Shown here in pieces: positions 1-9,327 of a stretch of 64,000 bases of DNA (its first letter is position 1; the number at the start of each line of letters is the position of its first letter). The position numbers were made by a program, and so were the translations under genes. The notes under the pieces are model-generated. The model saw only the letters and a program-made list of their open reading frames with translations. It was not told where the DNA came from and searched no databases. The DNA is from Bryobacterales bacterium. GTDB taxonomy: Bacteria; Acidobacteriota; Terriglobia; Bryobacterales; UBA6623. Where the stretch lies: contig OZ251486.1 in the NCBI GenBank assembly GCA_965242705.1, positions 2,412,255-2,476,254 on the forward strand, read 5' to 3'.

Positions 1-10
1 AAAGGTCTGA

Positions 11-1198
11 ATGCTCGAAGATATCCGCGTCATCGACCTCTCGCTCAATATCGCCGGCCCGAACGCCACCCAGATTCTCGGCGACCTCGGCGCCGACGTC
101 ATCAAGGTCGAACCCCCGGCCGGCGACCCGGCGCGGAAATGGGGACCGCCCTTCTGGGGCGGCCAAGCGCCGCTCTTCCTCGCCTTCAACCGCAACAAGC
201 GCAGCATCGTGCTCGATCTGAAGGCGCCCCAAGGCAAGGCGGTTCTCGAAAAGCTGATCGCCGGCGCCGACGTGCTCGTGCAGGCTTTCCGCAAGGGCGT
301 CGCGGAATCGCTGGGGTTCGGCTACAACGACCTGAAATCGAAATACCCCGCGCTGATCTACGCTTCCCTCACCGGCTTCGGCTCCCAGGGGCCGCTGGCC
401 GACAGGCCGGGCTACGATCCGCTGCTCCAGGCCTATAGCGGCATCATGTCGATCACCGGCTATCCGGACGGCCCCCCCGCGCGCGTGGGCGGTTCGGTCG
501 TCGATATCGGCACGGGAATTCTCACCGCGATGGGCGTTCTGGCCGCCCTGCGCAAACGCGGCGCCTCCGGCCGGGGAACGCACGTCGAATCCGCCCTGCT
601 CGACACGTCCATCGGCTGGATTACCTACCACATGATGAGCTACCTCGCCGACGGCAACGTGCCCCAACGCATGGGCTCCGGGCTGAAAATGGTCGCCCCC
701 TACGAAGCCTTCCCCACCGCCGACGGCGAACTCATGATCGCCGGCGGAAACGACGGCATATTCAAGCGGCTGTGCCTGGCGCTGGGCGCCCCCGGCATCG
801 CCGGCGACAAGCGTTTCATCGACAATCCCTCGCGCGTGGAAAATCACGATGCGCTCTACGCGCTGCTCACCGAGCGCACGAAAACCTTTTCCTCGAAGCA
901 ATTGGTCGAATTGCTGGGCGAACATCAGGTTCCCTGCTCGCCCATCAACGATATCGCCCAGGTCGTAGACGACCCGCAGGTTCGCGCGAACGGCATGTTC
1001 GACCCCTGCCCCCACCCGCGCATCCCCGGTTACCGCAACCCCGCGCTGCCGCTGAAATTCAACGGCGAGCGGCCGCCCGTGCGCCGGCTTCCTCCCGACC
1101 AGGGCGAACACACCGCCGAAGTGCTCCGCGAATTAGGATATGGAGAAGTCGAGGTGCGCGCGCTGCTCCAGGGAGCGGCCGCGCCGCGCGCCGCCTGA
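11..1198 (+). CDS. CoA transferase family III (CaiB/BaiF)
   Basis: N-terminal 'RVIDLS...AGPNATQILGDLGADVIKVEPPAGD', plus 'FNRNKRSIVLDLK', 'GYDPLLQAYSG' and C-terminal 'GEHTAEVLRELG', all family III CoA-transferase motifs. Confidence 0.93.
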   Translation: MLEDIRVIDLSLNIAGPNATQILGDLGADVIKVEPPAGDPARKWGPPFWGGQAPLFLAFNRNKRSIVLDLKAPQGKAVLEKLIAGADVLVQAFRKGVAESLGFGYNDLKSKYPALIYASLTGFGSQGPLADRPGYDPLLQAYSGIMSITGYPDGPPARVGGSVVDIGTGILTAMGVLAALRKRGASGRGTHVESALLDTSIGWITYHMMSYLADGNVPQRMGSGLKMVAPYEAFPTADGELMIAGGNDGIFKRLCLALGAPGIAGDKRFIDNPSRVENHDALYALLTERTKTFSSKQLVELLGEHQVPCSPINDIAQVVDDPQVRANGMFDPCPHPRIPGYRNPALPLKFNGERPPVRRLPPDQGEHTAEVLRELGYGEVEVRALLQGAAAPRAA

Positions 1199-1236
1199 CG
1201 GCAAGACGTCAAAAAGAAAGCCGAACGAAAACTGCC

Positions 1237-2256
1237 ATGGAACGCCTGCCCCAAGCCCTGCGCACCCCCGTCTGCGATCTGCTGGGAATCGAAGTCCCCA
1301 TCCTGCAAGCCGGCATGGGCTGGGTCGCCTACGGCAAACTTGCCGCGGCCGTATCCTCGGCGGGCGGCCTGGGCGTCATCGGAGCCGGCACGAATATGCC
1401 CGCCGACGATCTGCGGCGCGAAATCCGGCTGGTGCGCAGCCTGACCGACAAACCCTTCGGCGTGGACGTCCTCTTTGCAACCATCCGCACCGAAGACAAT
1501 GCCGCCGCCGTCTATACCGAAGGGGTCTCGCAAATGCTCGAAGTCGCGCTCGAAGAGAGGGTCCCCGTCCTGGTTTCCGGCCTGGGCAGCCCCAAGGCCG
1601 TCATCCCCCAAGCGCGCGCCCGCGGCATGAAGGTGCTCTCCGTGGTCGGCGCGGTGCGGCACGCCCGCAAGGCCGTCGCCGACGGCGTGGACGCCGTCAT
1701 CGCCACCGGCTGCGACGGCGGCGGACACGTCGGCGAAATCGGCACGGCGGCGCTGATTCCCGCCGTGGTCGACGCCGTCGATGCGCCCGTGATCGCCGGC
1801 GGCGGCCTGGCCGACGGACGCGGTCTCGCCGCCGCGCTGGCCCTCGGCGCGCAGGGCGTCTGGCTGGGCACCCGTTTCATCGCCACCCGCGAGGCCAACG
1901 GCCACGCCAATTACAAGAACAAAATCGTCGAAACCAGCGAAGCGCAAACCGTGGTCACGCGGGCGCACAGCGGCAAGCCCTGCCGGCTGATCCGCAACAG
2001 GTTCACCGACGAATGGGCCGCGCGCGAAGCCGACATCCGCCCCTACCCGCTGCAATTGGAAATCGGCCACCACGCCTCCGACCTCGGACGCCGCCAAGGC
2101 GACGTCGAGAACGGCGTCCTGCCCGCGGGGCAAAGCTGCGGCCTGATCCGCGACGCCCCTTCGGCCGGCGGCGTCGTCCGGCGCATTGCCCGAGAAGCCG
2201 CCGCGGCGATCGACCGGCTCGCCGGCGAAACGCGCCCAAGTTCTCGGCAAAATTGA
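1237..2256 (+). CDS. nitronate monooxygenase / FabK-like flavin oxidoreductase
   Basis: 'LLGIEVPILQAGMG', 'GGGHVG', 'VIAGGGLADGRGLAAALALGAQGVWLGTRFIAT', 'AGQSCGLI'. Start moved to ATG 1237, in frame with the 772 ORF. Confidence 0.9.
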   Translation: MERLPQALRTPVCDLLGIEVPILQAGMGWVAYGKLAAAVSSAGGLGVIGAGTNMPADDLRREIRLVRSLTDKPFGVDVLFATIRTEDNAAAVYTEGVSQMLEVALEERVPVLVSGLGSPKAVIPQARARGMKVLSVVGAVRHARKAVADGVDAVIATGCDGGGHVGEIGTAALIPAVVDAVDAPVIAGGGLADGRGLAAALALGAQGVWLGTRFIATREANGHANYKNKIVETSEAQTVVTRAHSGKPCRLIRNRFTDEWAAREADIRPYPLQLEIGHHASDLGRRQGDVENGVLPAGQSCGLIRDAPSAGGVVRRIAREAAAAIDRLAGETRPSSRQN

Positions 2257-2299
2257 TGCTGTCCATGAAATATACCGTGTAACCCATTCAAAAAAAGTT

Positions 2300-3700
2300 A
2301 TGGATTCCCCAGAAACTCCGCGGCCGTCTTTCGCCGTATCCGTATTGCCCGTTCTCGCGCTCAGCGCTCTGCTGGCGGCCGCGATCGGCTTCATGGACGG
2401 CACGGGCCACGTCCCGCTCATTCTCTGTACGGCGTTCGCCGGACGCCTGGCCTGCCGTCGGATCGGAGTTCCCTGGAACGATCTCGAAGCCGGCATGCGC
2501 CAAGGCGTCGCCGCCGGTATGCAGGCCATCCTCATTTTGTTGGTAGTCGGCCTGCTGATCGGCGTCTGGATCGCTTCCGGCGTCGTCCCCCTGCTCATCT
2601 ATTACGGCTTGCTGATCCTCGCTCCAAGCTATTTCCTGGCCGCCGCGTGCGCCATCTGCGCCGCGGTCTCGCTGGCCACCGGCTCATCGTGGTCAACCGC
2701 GGCGACCGTCGGCCTGGCCTTGATCGGCGTCGGCGGCGCGCTTGAAATCAACCCCGGCATGACCGCCGGCGCGGTCATCTCCGGCGCTTACTTCGGCGAC
2801 AAGATGTCGCCGCTCTCCGACACCACAAACCTCGCGCCCGCCTCCGCGGGAAGCGAGCTTTTCGCCCACATCCGGCACATGACCTACACCACGGCGCCGG
2901 CCCTGGCGCTGGCGCTCATCGCCTATGCCCTGCTGGGGGCGGGAGCCGAAACGGACGGCGGGGCGGCATCGGCCGATTATGAACAGTTGACGACGGCCCT
3001 GGCCGAGACCTTCCATCTCTCCCCCTTGCTCCTGCTTGCGCCCGCCGCCGTGCTCGGGCTGGTCATCCGCAAGGTTCCCGCTCTGCCCGCTCTGATGGCG
3101 GGCGTATGGATGGGCGTCTTCCTGCTGCTGACGGTGCAGGGCGGTTCGCCCGCCGCGGCGCTCGACGCCTTGTACGGCGGTTACGTCGGCGATACCGGCA
3201 TCGCCTCGGTCGATGAACTCCTCTCGCGCGGCGGCCTGACCAGCATGCTCGACACCATCGCGCTGATCGTCTGCGCGCTGGCCTTCGGCGGACTGATGGA
3301 AGCCTCCGGCATGCTGTCGTCCCTGGCCCGCGGCATACTCGGCCTGGCCCGCTCGACGGGGTCGCTCATCGCCGCAACCCTGGCAAGCTGCATCGGCATG
3401 AACGTCCTCACCTCCGATCAGTACATCGCCATCGTGATCCCCGGCCGCATGTACCGCTCGGCCTACATCCGGCGCGGACTCCACCCCAAAAACCTCTCGC
3501 GGGCCCTCGAAGATTCGGCGACGATGACCTCGCCGCTGATTCCCTGGAACACCTGCGGGGCCTACATGGCGGGCGTCCTGGGAGTAACCGCCGGGGCCTA
3601 TCTGCCCTATGCGTTCGTCAACCTCGCCACCCCGGCCATCTCGCTGCTCCTGGGCTTCACCGGCTGGACAATCGAACCGCTGCGGCAGGACGAAGCCTGA
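2300..3700 (+). CDS. nhaC: Na+/H+ antiporter NhaC family transporter
   Basis: 'SLATGSSWSTAATVG', 'GAVISGAYFGDKMSPLSDTTNLA', 'LSRALEDSATMTSPLIPWNTCG'; multiple TM helices; ATG 2300. Confidence 0.9.
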   Translation: MDSPETPRPSFAVSVLPVLALSALLAAAIGFMDGTGHVPLILCTAFAGRLACRRIGVPWNDLEAGMRQGVAAGMQAILILLVVGLLIGVWIASGVVPLLIYYGLLILAPSYFLAAACAICAAVSLATGSSWSTAATVGLALIGVGGALEINPGMTAGAVISGAYFGDKMSPLSDTTNLAPASAGSELFAHIRHMTYTTAPALALALIAYALLGAGAETDGGAASADYEQLTTALAETFHLSPLLLLAPAAVLGLVIRKVPALPALMAGVWMGVFLLLTVQGGSPAAALDALYGGYVGDTGIASVDELLSRGGLTSMLDTIALIVCALAFGGLMEASGMLSSLARGILGLARSTGSLIAATLASCIGMNVLTSDQYIAIVIPGRMYRSAYIRRGLHPKNLSRALEDSATMTSPLIPWNTCGAYMAGVLGVTAGAYLPYAFVNLATPAISLLLGFTGWTIEPLRQDEA

Positions 3701-3786
3701 CGCCCCGCTCCCCCGAAAATCGACGGATGCCCCGCGGTTTCGCCGCGGAAGCCCGTGGAAACCCTGAAAGCGGCGGAAAAGGCGCG

Positions 3787-4022
3787 CCCAGCCGCCCGGC
3801 TCACAACCCCCGACGCACAAGCCCCCGACTCACAACTACGGCGCAGCCGTCAAGCCTGACGGGTTTCATGCGGGTAAAAGAAGGGCTTCATGCGAAGTTT
3901 GCTCGCTTTGCCCGCCTATGAGCGCCAATGCGCGCTTGTTTTCGAAGTCGCGCCGCCCCAAATCGACCGGATGCGTTCAGCGCCTTCCGCCCCGAAACCG
4001 TACAGAAGAAAAGCAGCGGATG
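3787..4022 (+). repeat. dispersed intergenic repeat, copy A
   Basis: Shares 'GCCGCCCGGCTC.CAAC...GCGCAGCCGTCAAGC(C/A)TGACGGG.TTCATGC...AAAAGAAG.GCTTCATGC...AAATCGA.CG.ATG..TTCAG' with the copies at ~30041, ~49301 and (inverted) ~19071. Confidence 0.8.
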
Positions 4023-4023
4023 C

Positions 4024-4130
4024 CCGCGACTCTTGACCCCCGACCCGTGACCGCCGCGCGAAGCGCGGCCCGACCCGCGACTCTTGACCCGTGACCCGCC
4101 GACTCGCGACCGCCGCGCAAAGCGCGGCCC
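4024..4130 (+). repeat. heptamer (GACCCGC/GACTCGT-like) tandem array plus GC hairpin, REP-like, two units
   Basis: 'cccgcgactcttgacccccgacccgtgaccgccgcgcgaagcgcggc' followed by a near copy; similar to 19322, 31232 and 51636. Confidence 0.6.
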
Positions 4131-7100
4131 TATTCGACGGCAATGGTGACGCCGGGCTGGCTTCTGGCGCCGCCGACTTCGAGATACACTTCCAGCGCGT
4201 CGTTGGGCGCAATGCCCGCCGGAACCCGCGCCAGGATTACGTTGACTCCCACCAGCGACGGCGCTCCGCCCGCGAACAGCACTTCCTCCGCCGCCAAGGG
4301 CTGCGACCCAAGCCATACCCGCACCGACGCCGCCGCATGCCGCAGCACCGCTGCGCCGCCCGCCTCGCCGTCCGCCGGCGCAGGCTCCAGCGCGCCCAGG
4401 CCCGTCGCGTAAATCTCCAGCACGTCCCCCGCTCTCGCCGGTCGCGCCGACCCCTCGCCGTAGCCCCGCGGCGCCGCCAACTCGGCCGTCCCCGCAAATA
4501 CGATCGAGCCCTGACCCGCTCCCGCGCCCTCTACCGTGAACACGCCCGGCGCTTGCGCCGCCGCGTGGAAAAAGCGCGCGTAGCTCACGCCCTGCTCCGT
4601 CTCCACCTCCACCGAAGCCAACGCCGTGCGCGCGCCCTCGGGCAGCAGACCAGACGGCAACTGCGCCGCGATGCGCCCCGACTCCACCGTAAACAGCGGC
4701 GCCGCCTGCCCGTCAATCATCACCCGCGTCCCGCCCAGGCTGCGCGGCAGCGGCAAGCCCTCCGCCGAAGCCGACCCATCGGCGGCAAAGTTCCGCCCGC
4801 GGATCTCCACTACCGACCCGGGCGCCACCGGCAGAATGCGCGGCCCGAACAGCCCCGGCTCCCCGTAGGCGCTCTGCCGCGCCGCGTTGAGCACTCCGCC
4901 GTTCTCCGTCACCGCCGGCCCCGTCGGCGGCGGAACCTCCAGCACGATGCGAATCGTCGCCGTCAGCCGCCCGTTGGAGCGGATGTACAGCCGTCCGTTG
5001 TGGGTTCCCTCGCGCAGCCCCAGCGGGTTGACCGTCACCTGCAGCGCCACCGTCTCGCCCTGCTCCAGACGGCCCCGCCACTGCGCCGCGCCGCTTGCCG
5101 CCCGCGTGACTTCGATCCAGCGCGCGCTGGGTATGGCCTGATAGTCCACTGCGCCGTTTTCGGCGCGCAGCGTCAGCGTCTTCGACGTCGGCTCGGCGGC
5201 TTCCGCCGGCTCGAACGTCAACTCCCCTACGCCGCCCACCGGCTGCGCCTCGGGCTCCGGCTGCCCCGTTCCCGAGCTCGTCCCCGAACCTGAGCCTGAC
5301 CCCGGATCCGTTCCCGGATCCGTTCCAGTCCCCGGGGGCGGATCCGGATCCGGAGTCGGCGGCATACCCGCCGTCAGCTTGCGCACGCGGTGGTTGTTTC
5401 TATCGGCCACGTAGAGATTGCCCGACGAGTCCACCGCTACGCCGAAGGGCAGATTGAGCGCCGCCGATGCCGCCGCCCCGCCGTCCCCGGAAAATCCTGC
5501 GCTCGCGCCGGCGATCGTGGAGATGGTCCCCGACGTGCCCACCCTGCGGATGCGGTGGTTGCCCGTATCGGAGATATACACGTTGCCCGCGGAGTCCACC
5601 GCTACGCCGTTGGGATCGTTCAACCTCGCCGATGCCGCCGCCCCGCCGTCGCCCGTGCTCCCCGAAGTTCCCGTGCCGGCGAAGGCCGCTATGTTGCCCG
5701 TGGAAGCATCCACCCGGCGCACGCGGTGGTTGCCCGCATCGGCGATGTAAACGTTGCCCGATGAATCCACCGCCACGCCGATGGGAGTATTCAACGCCGC
5801 CGAAGACGCCGCCCCGCCGTCGCCCGTGTTCCCTCCGCTTCCCGTGCCGGCGAAGGTCGAAATGGTCCCCGACGTATTCACCATGCGGACCTTGTGGTTG
5901 ATCGTGTCGGCGATGTAAACGTTGCCCGACGAGTCCACCGCCGCGCTGTTGGGAAAACTCAACGTCGCCGCCGTCGCCGCGGCGCCGTCGCCCGTGCTGC
6001 CCGCCGTTCCCGTGCCGGCGAAGGCCGCAATGTTCCCCGACGTATCCACCCGGCGGACGCGCTGATTGCCCGTGTCGACGATATAGACGTTGCCCGATGA
6101 ATCCACCGCCACGCCGCGGGGAGCGGTCAACGTCGCCGAGGTCGCCGCGGCGCCGTCGCCCGTGTTCCCCGCCGTCCCCGTGCCGGCGAAGGTCGTGATA
6201 TTGCCCGTGGTGGCATCCACCCGGCGCACGCGGTTGCCGGCCGTGTCGGCGATATAGACGTTGCCCGATGCGTCCGCCGCCGCGCCGTAGGGCGTGTTCA
6301 ACGACGACGAAGCCGCCGCCCCGCCGTCCCCCACGGCCGTCGGCCCCAGCCCGGCGATGGTCGAAATGTTCCCCGACGTATCTATCTTGCGTACGCGGTT
6401 GCCGCCCGTTTCGCCGATGTAGATGTTGTCCGACGAGTCCAATATCAGCTTTTCGGGGCTGTTCAACGTCGCCGAAGACGCCGCCCCGCCGTCGCCCGTG
6501 CTCGACGCGGTTCCCGTGCCGGCGAAGGTCGTGATATTCCCCGACGTAGTCACCCGGCGGATGCGGTGGTTGCCCGAATCGGCGATGTAAACGTTGCCCG
6601 ACGAGTCCACCGCCGCGTCGCGGGGGCTGCTCAACTGCGCCGAAGTCGCCGCGAATCCGTCGCCGGAGAAGCCGCCGCCGAGCGGGTACGTACCCGCAAA
6701 GCGGGAGCCGGTCCCTGAGCTGGTCCGCTTGAAAACCCTGTTGCCGTCCTGACTGGCGGCCCAGAGGTTGCCCGACGAGTCCACGCCTACGCCCTCCACG
6801 GCGCTCAACGAAATCGTACTTACCGTCGGACCAAAAATGGTCGAGACTTGCCCCGTGGCAGCGGTCAGCAGGCGCACGATGCTGTTGGCTCGATCGGCGA
6901 TATAGAGGTTGTTCGACGAGTCCGCCGCCACGTCGTACATCCAGGTGAACGACGCCGACGCGCGGGCGCCGTTGGTGGAGCCGGCGCCCCCCGTGCCGGC
7001 GTAAGTGGAGATATTGCCCGTGGAAATGGTCACCTTGCGGATGCGGCGGTTGCCCGTATCGGCGATGAAAACGTCGCCGTTCGAGTCCACGGCCACGCCG

Positions 7101-7459
7101 TAGGGTTCTTCCAACTGCGCCGAAGTCGCCGCGCCGCCGTCGCCGCTGAAGCCCGAGCTGCCCGTGCCGGCGAAGACCGAAGAGTTTTTGGTGGCGCCGT
7201 CGATGCGGATGACGCGGTGGTTGTTCACGTCGCCGACGTAGACGTTGCCGTTGGAGTCCACGGCCACGCCGCGGGGGGCGTTCAACGTCATCAGAACCGC
7301 CGTTCCGCCGCCTCCGGCGAACGTGTCGATGGTGTACGTTTGCGCCGGGGCGCGCTGCGCGCCCCAGTGGAGAGCGAACGCCGCCAACGCAGCGGCGGCC
7401 AGGCGGCCAAGCCGCTTGGCGGTCACGGGCCGCGCGCCGCGAGTCGTTTCACGGGTCAC
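4130..7459 (-). CDS. secreted NHL-repeat (teneurin-like beta-propeller) protein with Pro/Gly linker and C-terminal TIGR03437-like domain, paralog 1
   Basis: Signal-peptide-like N-terminus ending '...RAPAQ'; about 12 'P.GVAVDSSGNVYIADTGNHRVRRV' repeats with 'GDGGAA' spacers; C-terminal 'VLNAA...VAPGSVVEIRG...QAPGVF...PARAGDVLEIYATGLG...SQPGVTIAVE'. GTG start preceded by GGAGG. Confidence 0.88.
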   Translation of the reverse strand: MTRETTRGARPVTAKRLGRLAAAALAAFALHWGAQRAPAQTYTIDTFAGGGGTAVLMTLNAPRGVAVDSNGNVYVGDVNNHRVIRIDGATKNSSVFAGTGSSGFSGDGGAATSAQLEEPYGVAVDSNGDVFIADTGNRRIRKVTISTGNISTYAGTGGAGSTNGARASASFTWMYDVAADSSNNLYIADRANSIVRLLTAATGQVSTIFGPTVSTISLSAVEGVGVDSSGNLWAASQDGNRVFKRTSSGTGSRFAGTYPLGGGFSGDGFAATSAQLSSPRDAAVDSSGNVYIADSGNHRIRRVTTSGNITTFAGTGTASSTGDGGAASSATLNSPEKLILDSSDNIYIGETGGNRVRKIDTSGNISTIAGLGPTAVGDGGAAASSSLNTPYGAAADASGNVYIADTAGNRVRRVDATTGNITTFAGTGTAGNTGDGAAATSATLTAPRGVAVDSSGNVYIVDTGNQRVRRVDTSGNIAAFAGTGTAGSTGDGAAATAATLSFPNSAAVDSSGNVYIADTINHKVRMVNTSGTISTFAGTGSGGNTGDGGAASSAALNTPIGVAVDSSGNVYIADAGNHRVRRVDASTGNIAAFAGTGTSGSTGDGGAAASARLNDPNGVAVDSAGNVYISDTGNHRIRRVGTSGTISTIAGASAGFSGDGGAAASAALNLPFGVAVDSSGNLYVADRNNHRVRKLTAGMPPTPDPDPPPGTGTDPGTDPGSGSGSGTSSGTGQPEPEAQPVGGVGELTFEPAEAAEPTSKTLTLRAENGAVDYQAIPSARWIEVTRAASGAAQWRGRLEQGETVALQVTVNPLGLREGTHNGRLYIRSNGRLTATIRIVLEVPPPTGPAVTENGGVLNAARQSAYGEPGLFGPRILPVAPGSVVEIRGRNFAADGSASAEGLPLPRSLGGTRVMIDGQAAPLFTVESGRIAAQLPSGLLPEGARTALASVEVETEQGVSYARFFHAAAQAPGVFTVEGAGAGQGSIVFAGTAELAAPRGYGEGSARPARAGDVLEIYATGLGALEPAPADGEAGGAAVLRHAAASVRVWLGSQPLAAEEVLFAGGAPSLVGVNVILARVPAGIAPNDALEVYLEVGGARSQPGVTIAVE

Positions 7460-7460
7460 G

Positions 7461-7484
7461 GCCGCGCCTCCAGGCAGGCGCGGC
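7461..7484 (-). promoter_or_regulatory. hairpin sequestering the SD (GGAGG) of NHL paralog 1
   Basis: mRNA reads GCCGCGCCT-GCCTGG-AGGCGCGGC-C-GTG: a perfect 9-bp stem with the SD in the loop and 3' arm; conserved at 34631-34654. Confidence 0.7.
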
Positions 7485-7499
7485 GGCGCGCAGTTTGCC

Positions 7500-7562
7500 C
7501 TACCTGAATTGCGGGGGGGGGGGGGGGGGGGGGGTAAAACGGTGCATGCCGACGTTGCTCAT
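7500..7562 (-). CDS. putative leader peptide (uORF) MSNVGMHRFTPPPPPPPQFR containing a C22 tract
   Basis: GGAG 8 nt upstream of ATG 7562; stop TAG at 7500-7502; homologous, same-frame uORF at 34670-34720. Confidence 0.55.
   Translation of the reverse strand: MSNVGMHRFTPPPPPPPQFR
7513..7534. repeat. G22 homopolymer (C22 on the coding strand)
   Basis: Direct count of 22 consecutive G. Confidence 0.95.
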
Positions 7563-7588
7563 CAGACGGTCTCCAAACTGAAACCGAC

Positions 7589-7617
7589 AATATAGCATCC
7601 CGCAGAAAAATTCACAA
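7589..7617 (-). promoter_or_regulatory. sigma70-type promoter with extended -10 for NHL paralog 1
   Basis: Minus strand TTGTGA-N17-TATATT with TG at the extended -10 position; spacing and -10 conserved in the paralog (34747-34775). Confidence 0.7.
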
Positions 7618-7689
7618 CGCAACATCGCCATAAGAAATGTTTTTTCGGCGGCGCGGCCTTTTTCAGCATATGCAGAGGCCGCAACTCCC

Positions 7690-7724
7690 GCGCCCCTGCC
7701 TTCAGGCTCATTCTTCGATTGGAA
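7690..7724 (+). mobile_element. solo IS terminal-repeat remnant (same family as 41008-41245)
   Basis: 'TTCAGGCTCATTCTTCGATTGGAA' matches 41227-41245 and is an imperfect inverted match to 41010-41032; absent from the paralogous region at ~34800. Confidence 0.45.
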
Positions 7725-7750
7725 CAGCGGCGCCCGCTTGTTCCGATCTT

Positions 7751-7838
7751 CCCTAACCCCCAACCCCTAACCCCTGATCCCTGCCGCGCCGCTTTGCGGC
7801 GCGGCCCCCCTAACCCCTGCCGCGCCGCTCCGCGGCGC
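7751..7838. repeat. CCCTAAC-like heptamers plus GCCGCGCCGC-N3-GCGGCGCGGC hairpin (two units); possible terminator or REP
   Basis: Seen directly; same element at 34813-34853. Confidence 0.65.
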
Positions 7839-9036
7839 GAGCATAATGCCGGCGCAGCAGGTCTTTCCCGTAATCGTTGCCGTTGGGTGTGCGCACCACG
7901 CTGTGGATGTGCCTGCGCGAGGGATCCCATCCGTCGAGAGCTATCGGCCCCTGATGGTCGAACTCGATCAGCACGACCGGACTGTGTACCCGGTAATAGT
8001 AAACGCCCGCCGGACCGGTGGAGCCGATCCAGCCGAAATAGGTGTCGTCGAGATGCCCGCGCACCTCGCCCAAGCGAATCTTGGCGTGCCCGGGCTTCAT
8101 GTTGTTGACGAACTCGGCAACGATATCCATCAGCAATTCGCGCTGCAGCTCGGTCAGATCGGTTGCGCGGATGCCCGCGTAGTCCAGCACCAGATTGTCG
8201 CGGAACGCCTCGGCCACATTGTTGACCCGCTGCTTGCCCTCCCGGCCCCCGATGATCGCCTTGTCCCGCTGCTCCGCGCTGAGCGAATCCATCAGCGCCG
8301 CGCCCTTCGCCTGCTCGTCCTGCATCACCGCGGCGCCCTGGAACTTCCCGGAATCGGCCACCACCGGCTCCGAGCCCATGAATACCGGCGTCATCACCAC
8401 CTGATCGCCCAAAACGAAGTAGTTGACGATCACGTGATGCCCCTCGAACTGCCAGCCCCACGGCTCGGACGCCGACGGCTCGCCCATGATGGTCAGGTAA
8501 TAGAGCCATTCCCCGTATTCCGCGAAGTTGTCGGTCAACTCGCCCAGCGTGTGGTTCAGGCGCATGATGTCCCGCGTCTTGCGGTAACCGCTCGCGCTGA
8601 GGCCGCTGCGCACGACCTTGAGCGCCAGCTTGCGCTGCTTCGCCGACAGCTTGTCCAGCCGGACGCCCTGCTGCCAGTAGAAATGCCAATTGCCCCACTT
8701 CTGCCATTCCGGGTCATCCACCGGATAAACCGTCTGCGCCTTTTCCTCCGCGCTGAGGCCGGCCAGAAACTCCTGCGCGGCGGCCCGCGTCGGCGCGGTC
8801 GAAACTCCGGTCGGCTCGATCGAAAACAACCCCGAAAGCGGACTGCCGTTCGTCGTGACGCCCACCCATTTCTCGGCAAGCTGGCGCTCCTCGTCCTCCC
8901 GCGCGCGCTGCATGGGGCCGCCGCCTCTCTTGCCCGCCGCGCCGCGCTTGCCCCCCTGCGAAAACGCCGGCCGGTCGATGAAGGCGAAAACCGCCAGCAG
9001 ACAGAAACAACCGAAAATGCAAACTCGCTTGAGCAT
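7810..9036 (-). CDS. DUF3500 domain-containing exported protein
   Basis: 'EPWGWQFEGHH...NYFVLGDQVVMTPVFMGSEP', 'YYRVHSPVVLIEFDHQ', 'HIHSVVRTPNGNDYGKDLL'; signal-like N-terminus from ATG 9036. TATACT lies 7 nt upstream, so the transcript may be leaderless. Confidence 0.8.
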   Translation of the reverse strand: MLKRVCIFGCFCLLAVFAFIDRPAFSQGGKRGAAGKRGGGPMQRAREDEERQLAEKWVGVTTNGSPLSGLFSIEPTGVSTAPTRAAAQEFLAGLSAEEKAQTVYPVDDPEWQKWGNWHFYWQQGVRLDKLSAKQRKLALKVVRSGLSASGYRKTRDIMRLNHTLGELTDNFAEYGEWLYYLTIMGEPSASEPWGWQFEGHHVIVNYFVLGDQVVMTPVFMGSEPVVADSGKFQGAAVMQDEQAKGAALMDSLSAEQRDKAIIGGREGKQRVNNVAEAFRDNLVLDYAGIRATDLTELQRELLMDIVAEFVNNMKPGHAKIRLGEVRGHLDDTYFGWIGSTGPAGVYYYRVHSPVVLIEFDHQGPIALDGWDPSRRHIHSVVRTPNGNDYGKDLLRRHYARAAERRGRG

Positions 9037-9327
9037 GACTGCAAGTATAATACGCGCGCCCCATCGCATAGAAATTTTCGATAGGAACAATTGCCGGGGA
9101 CTTGAACGCCGCGGTTCGTAGATGATATTCCTGTAAGGCTTGAGCCGTATTTCTCGGCCGGCCGACAAAAAAATGGATGCCGCCGACTGACGGATTGCGT
9201 ATAATCGGGGTTTCCCAATGCCTGCCGACGGACTGGAGAACGCCGGCCGCCCGGCTGCGCGCCGAAATCTCGACGACCGCACTCGACGACCTCATCGGCA
9301 GGCTCGATTTTGCAGAAGGAGTGAAAC

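Noticed and set aside
9295-9314. sigma54 promoter upstream of amtB (CGGCAGGCTCGATTTTGCA)
   Set aside because: GG-to-GC spacing is 13 or 9 nt rather than the required 10, and the site is too close to the start codon.
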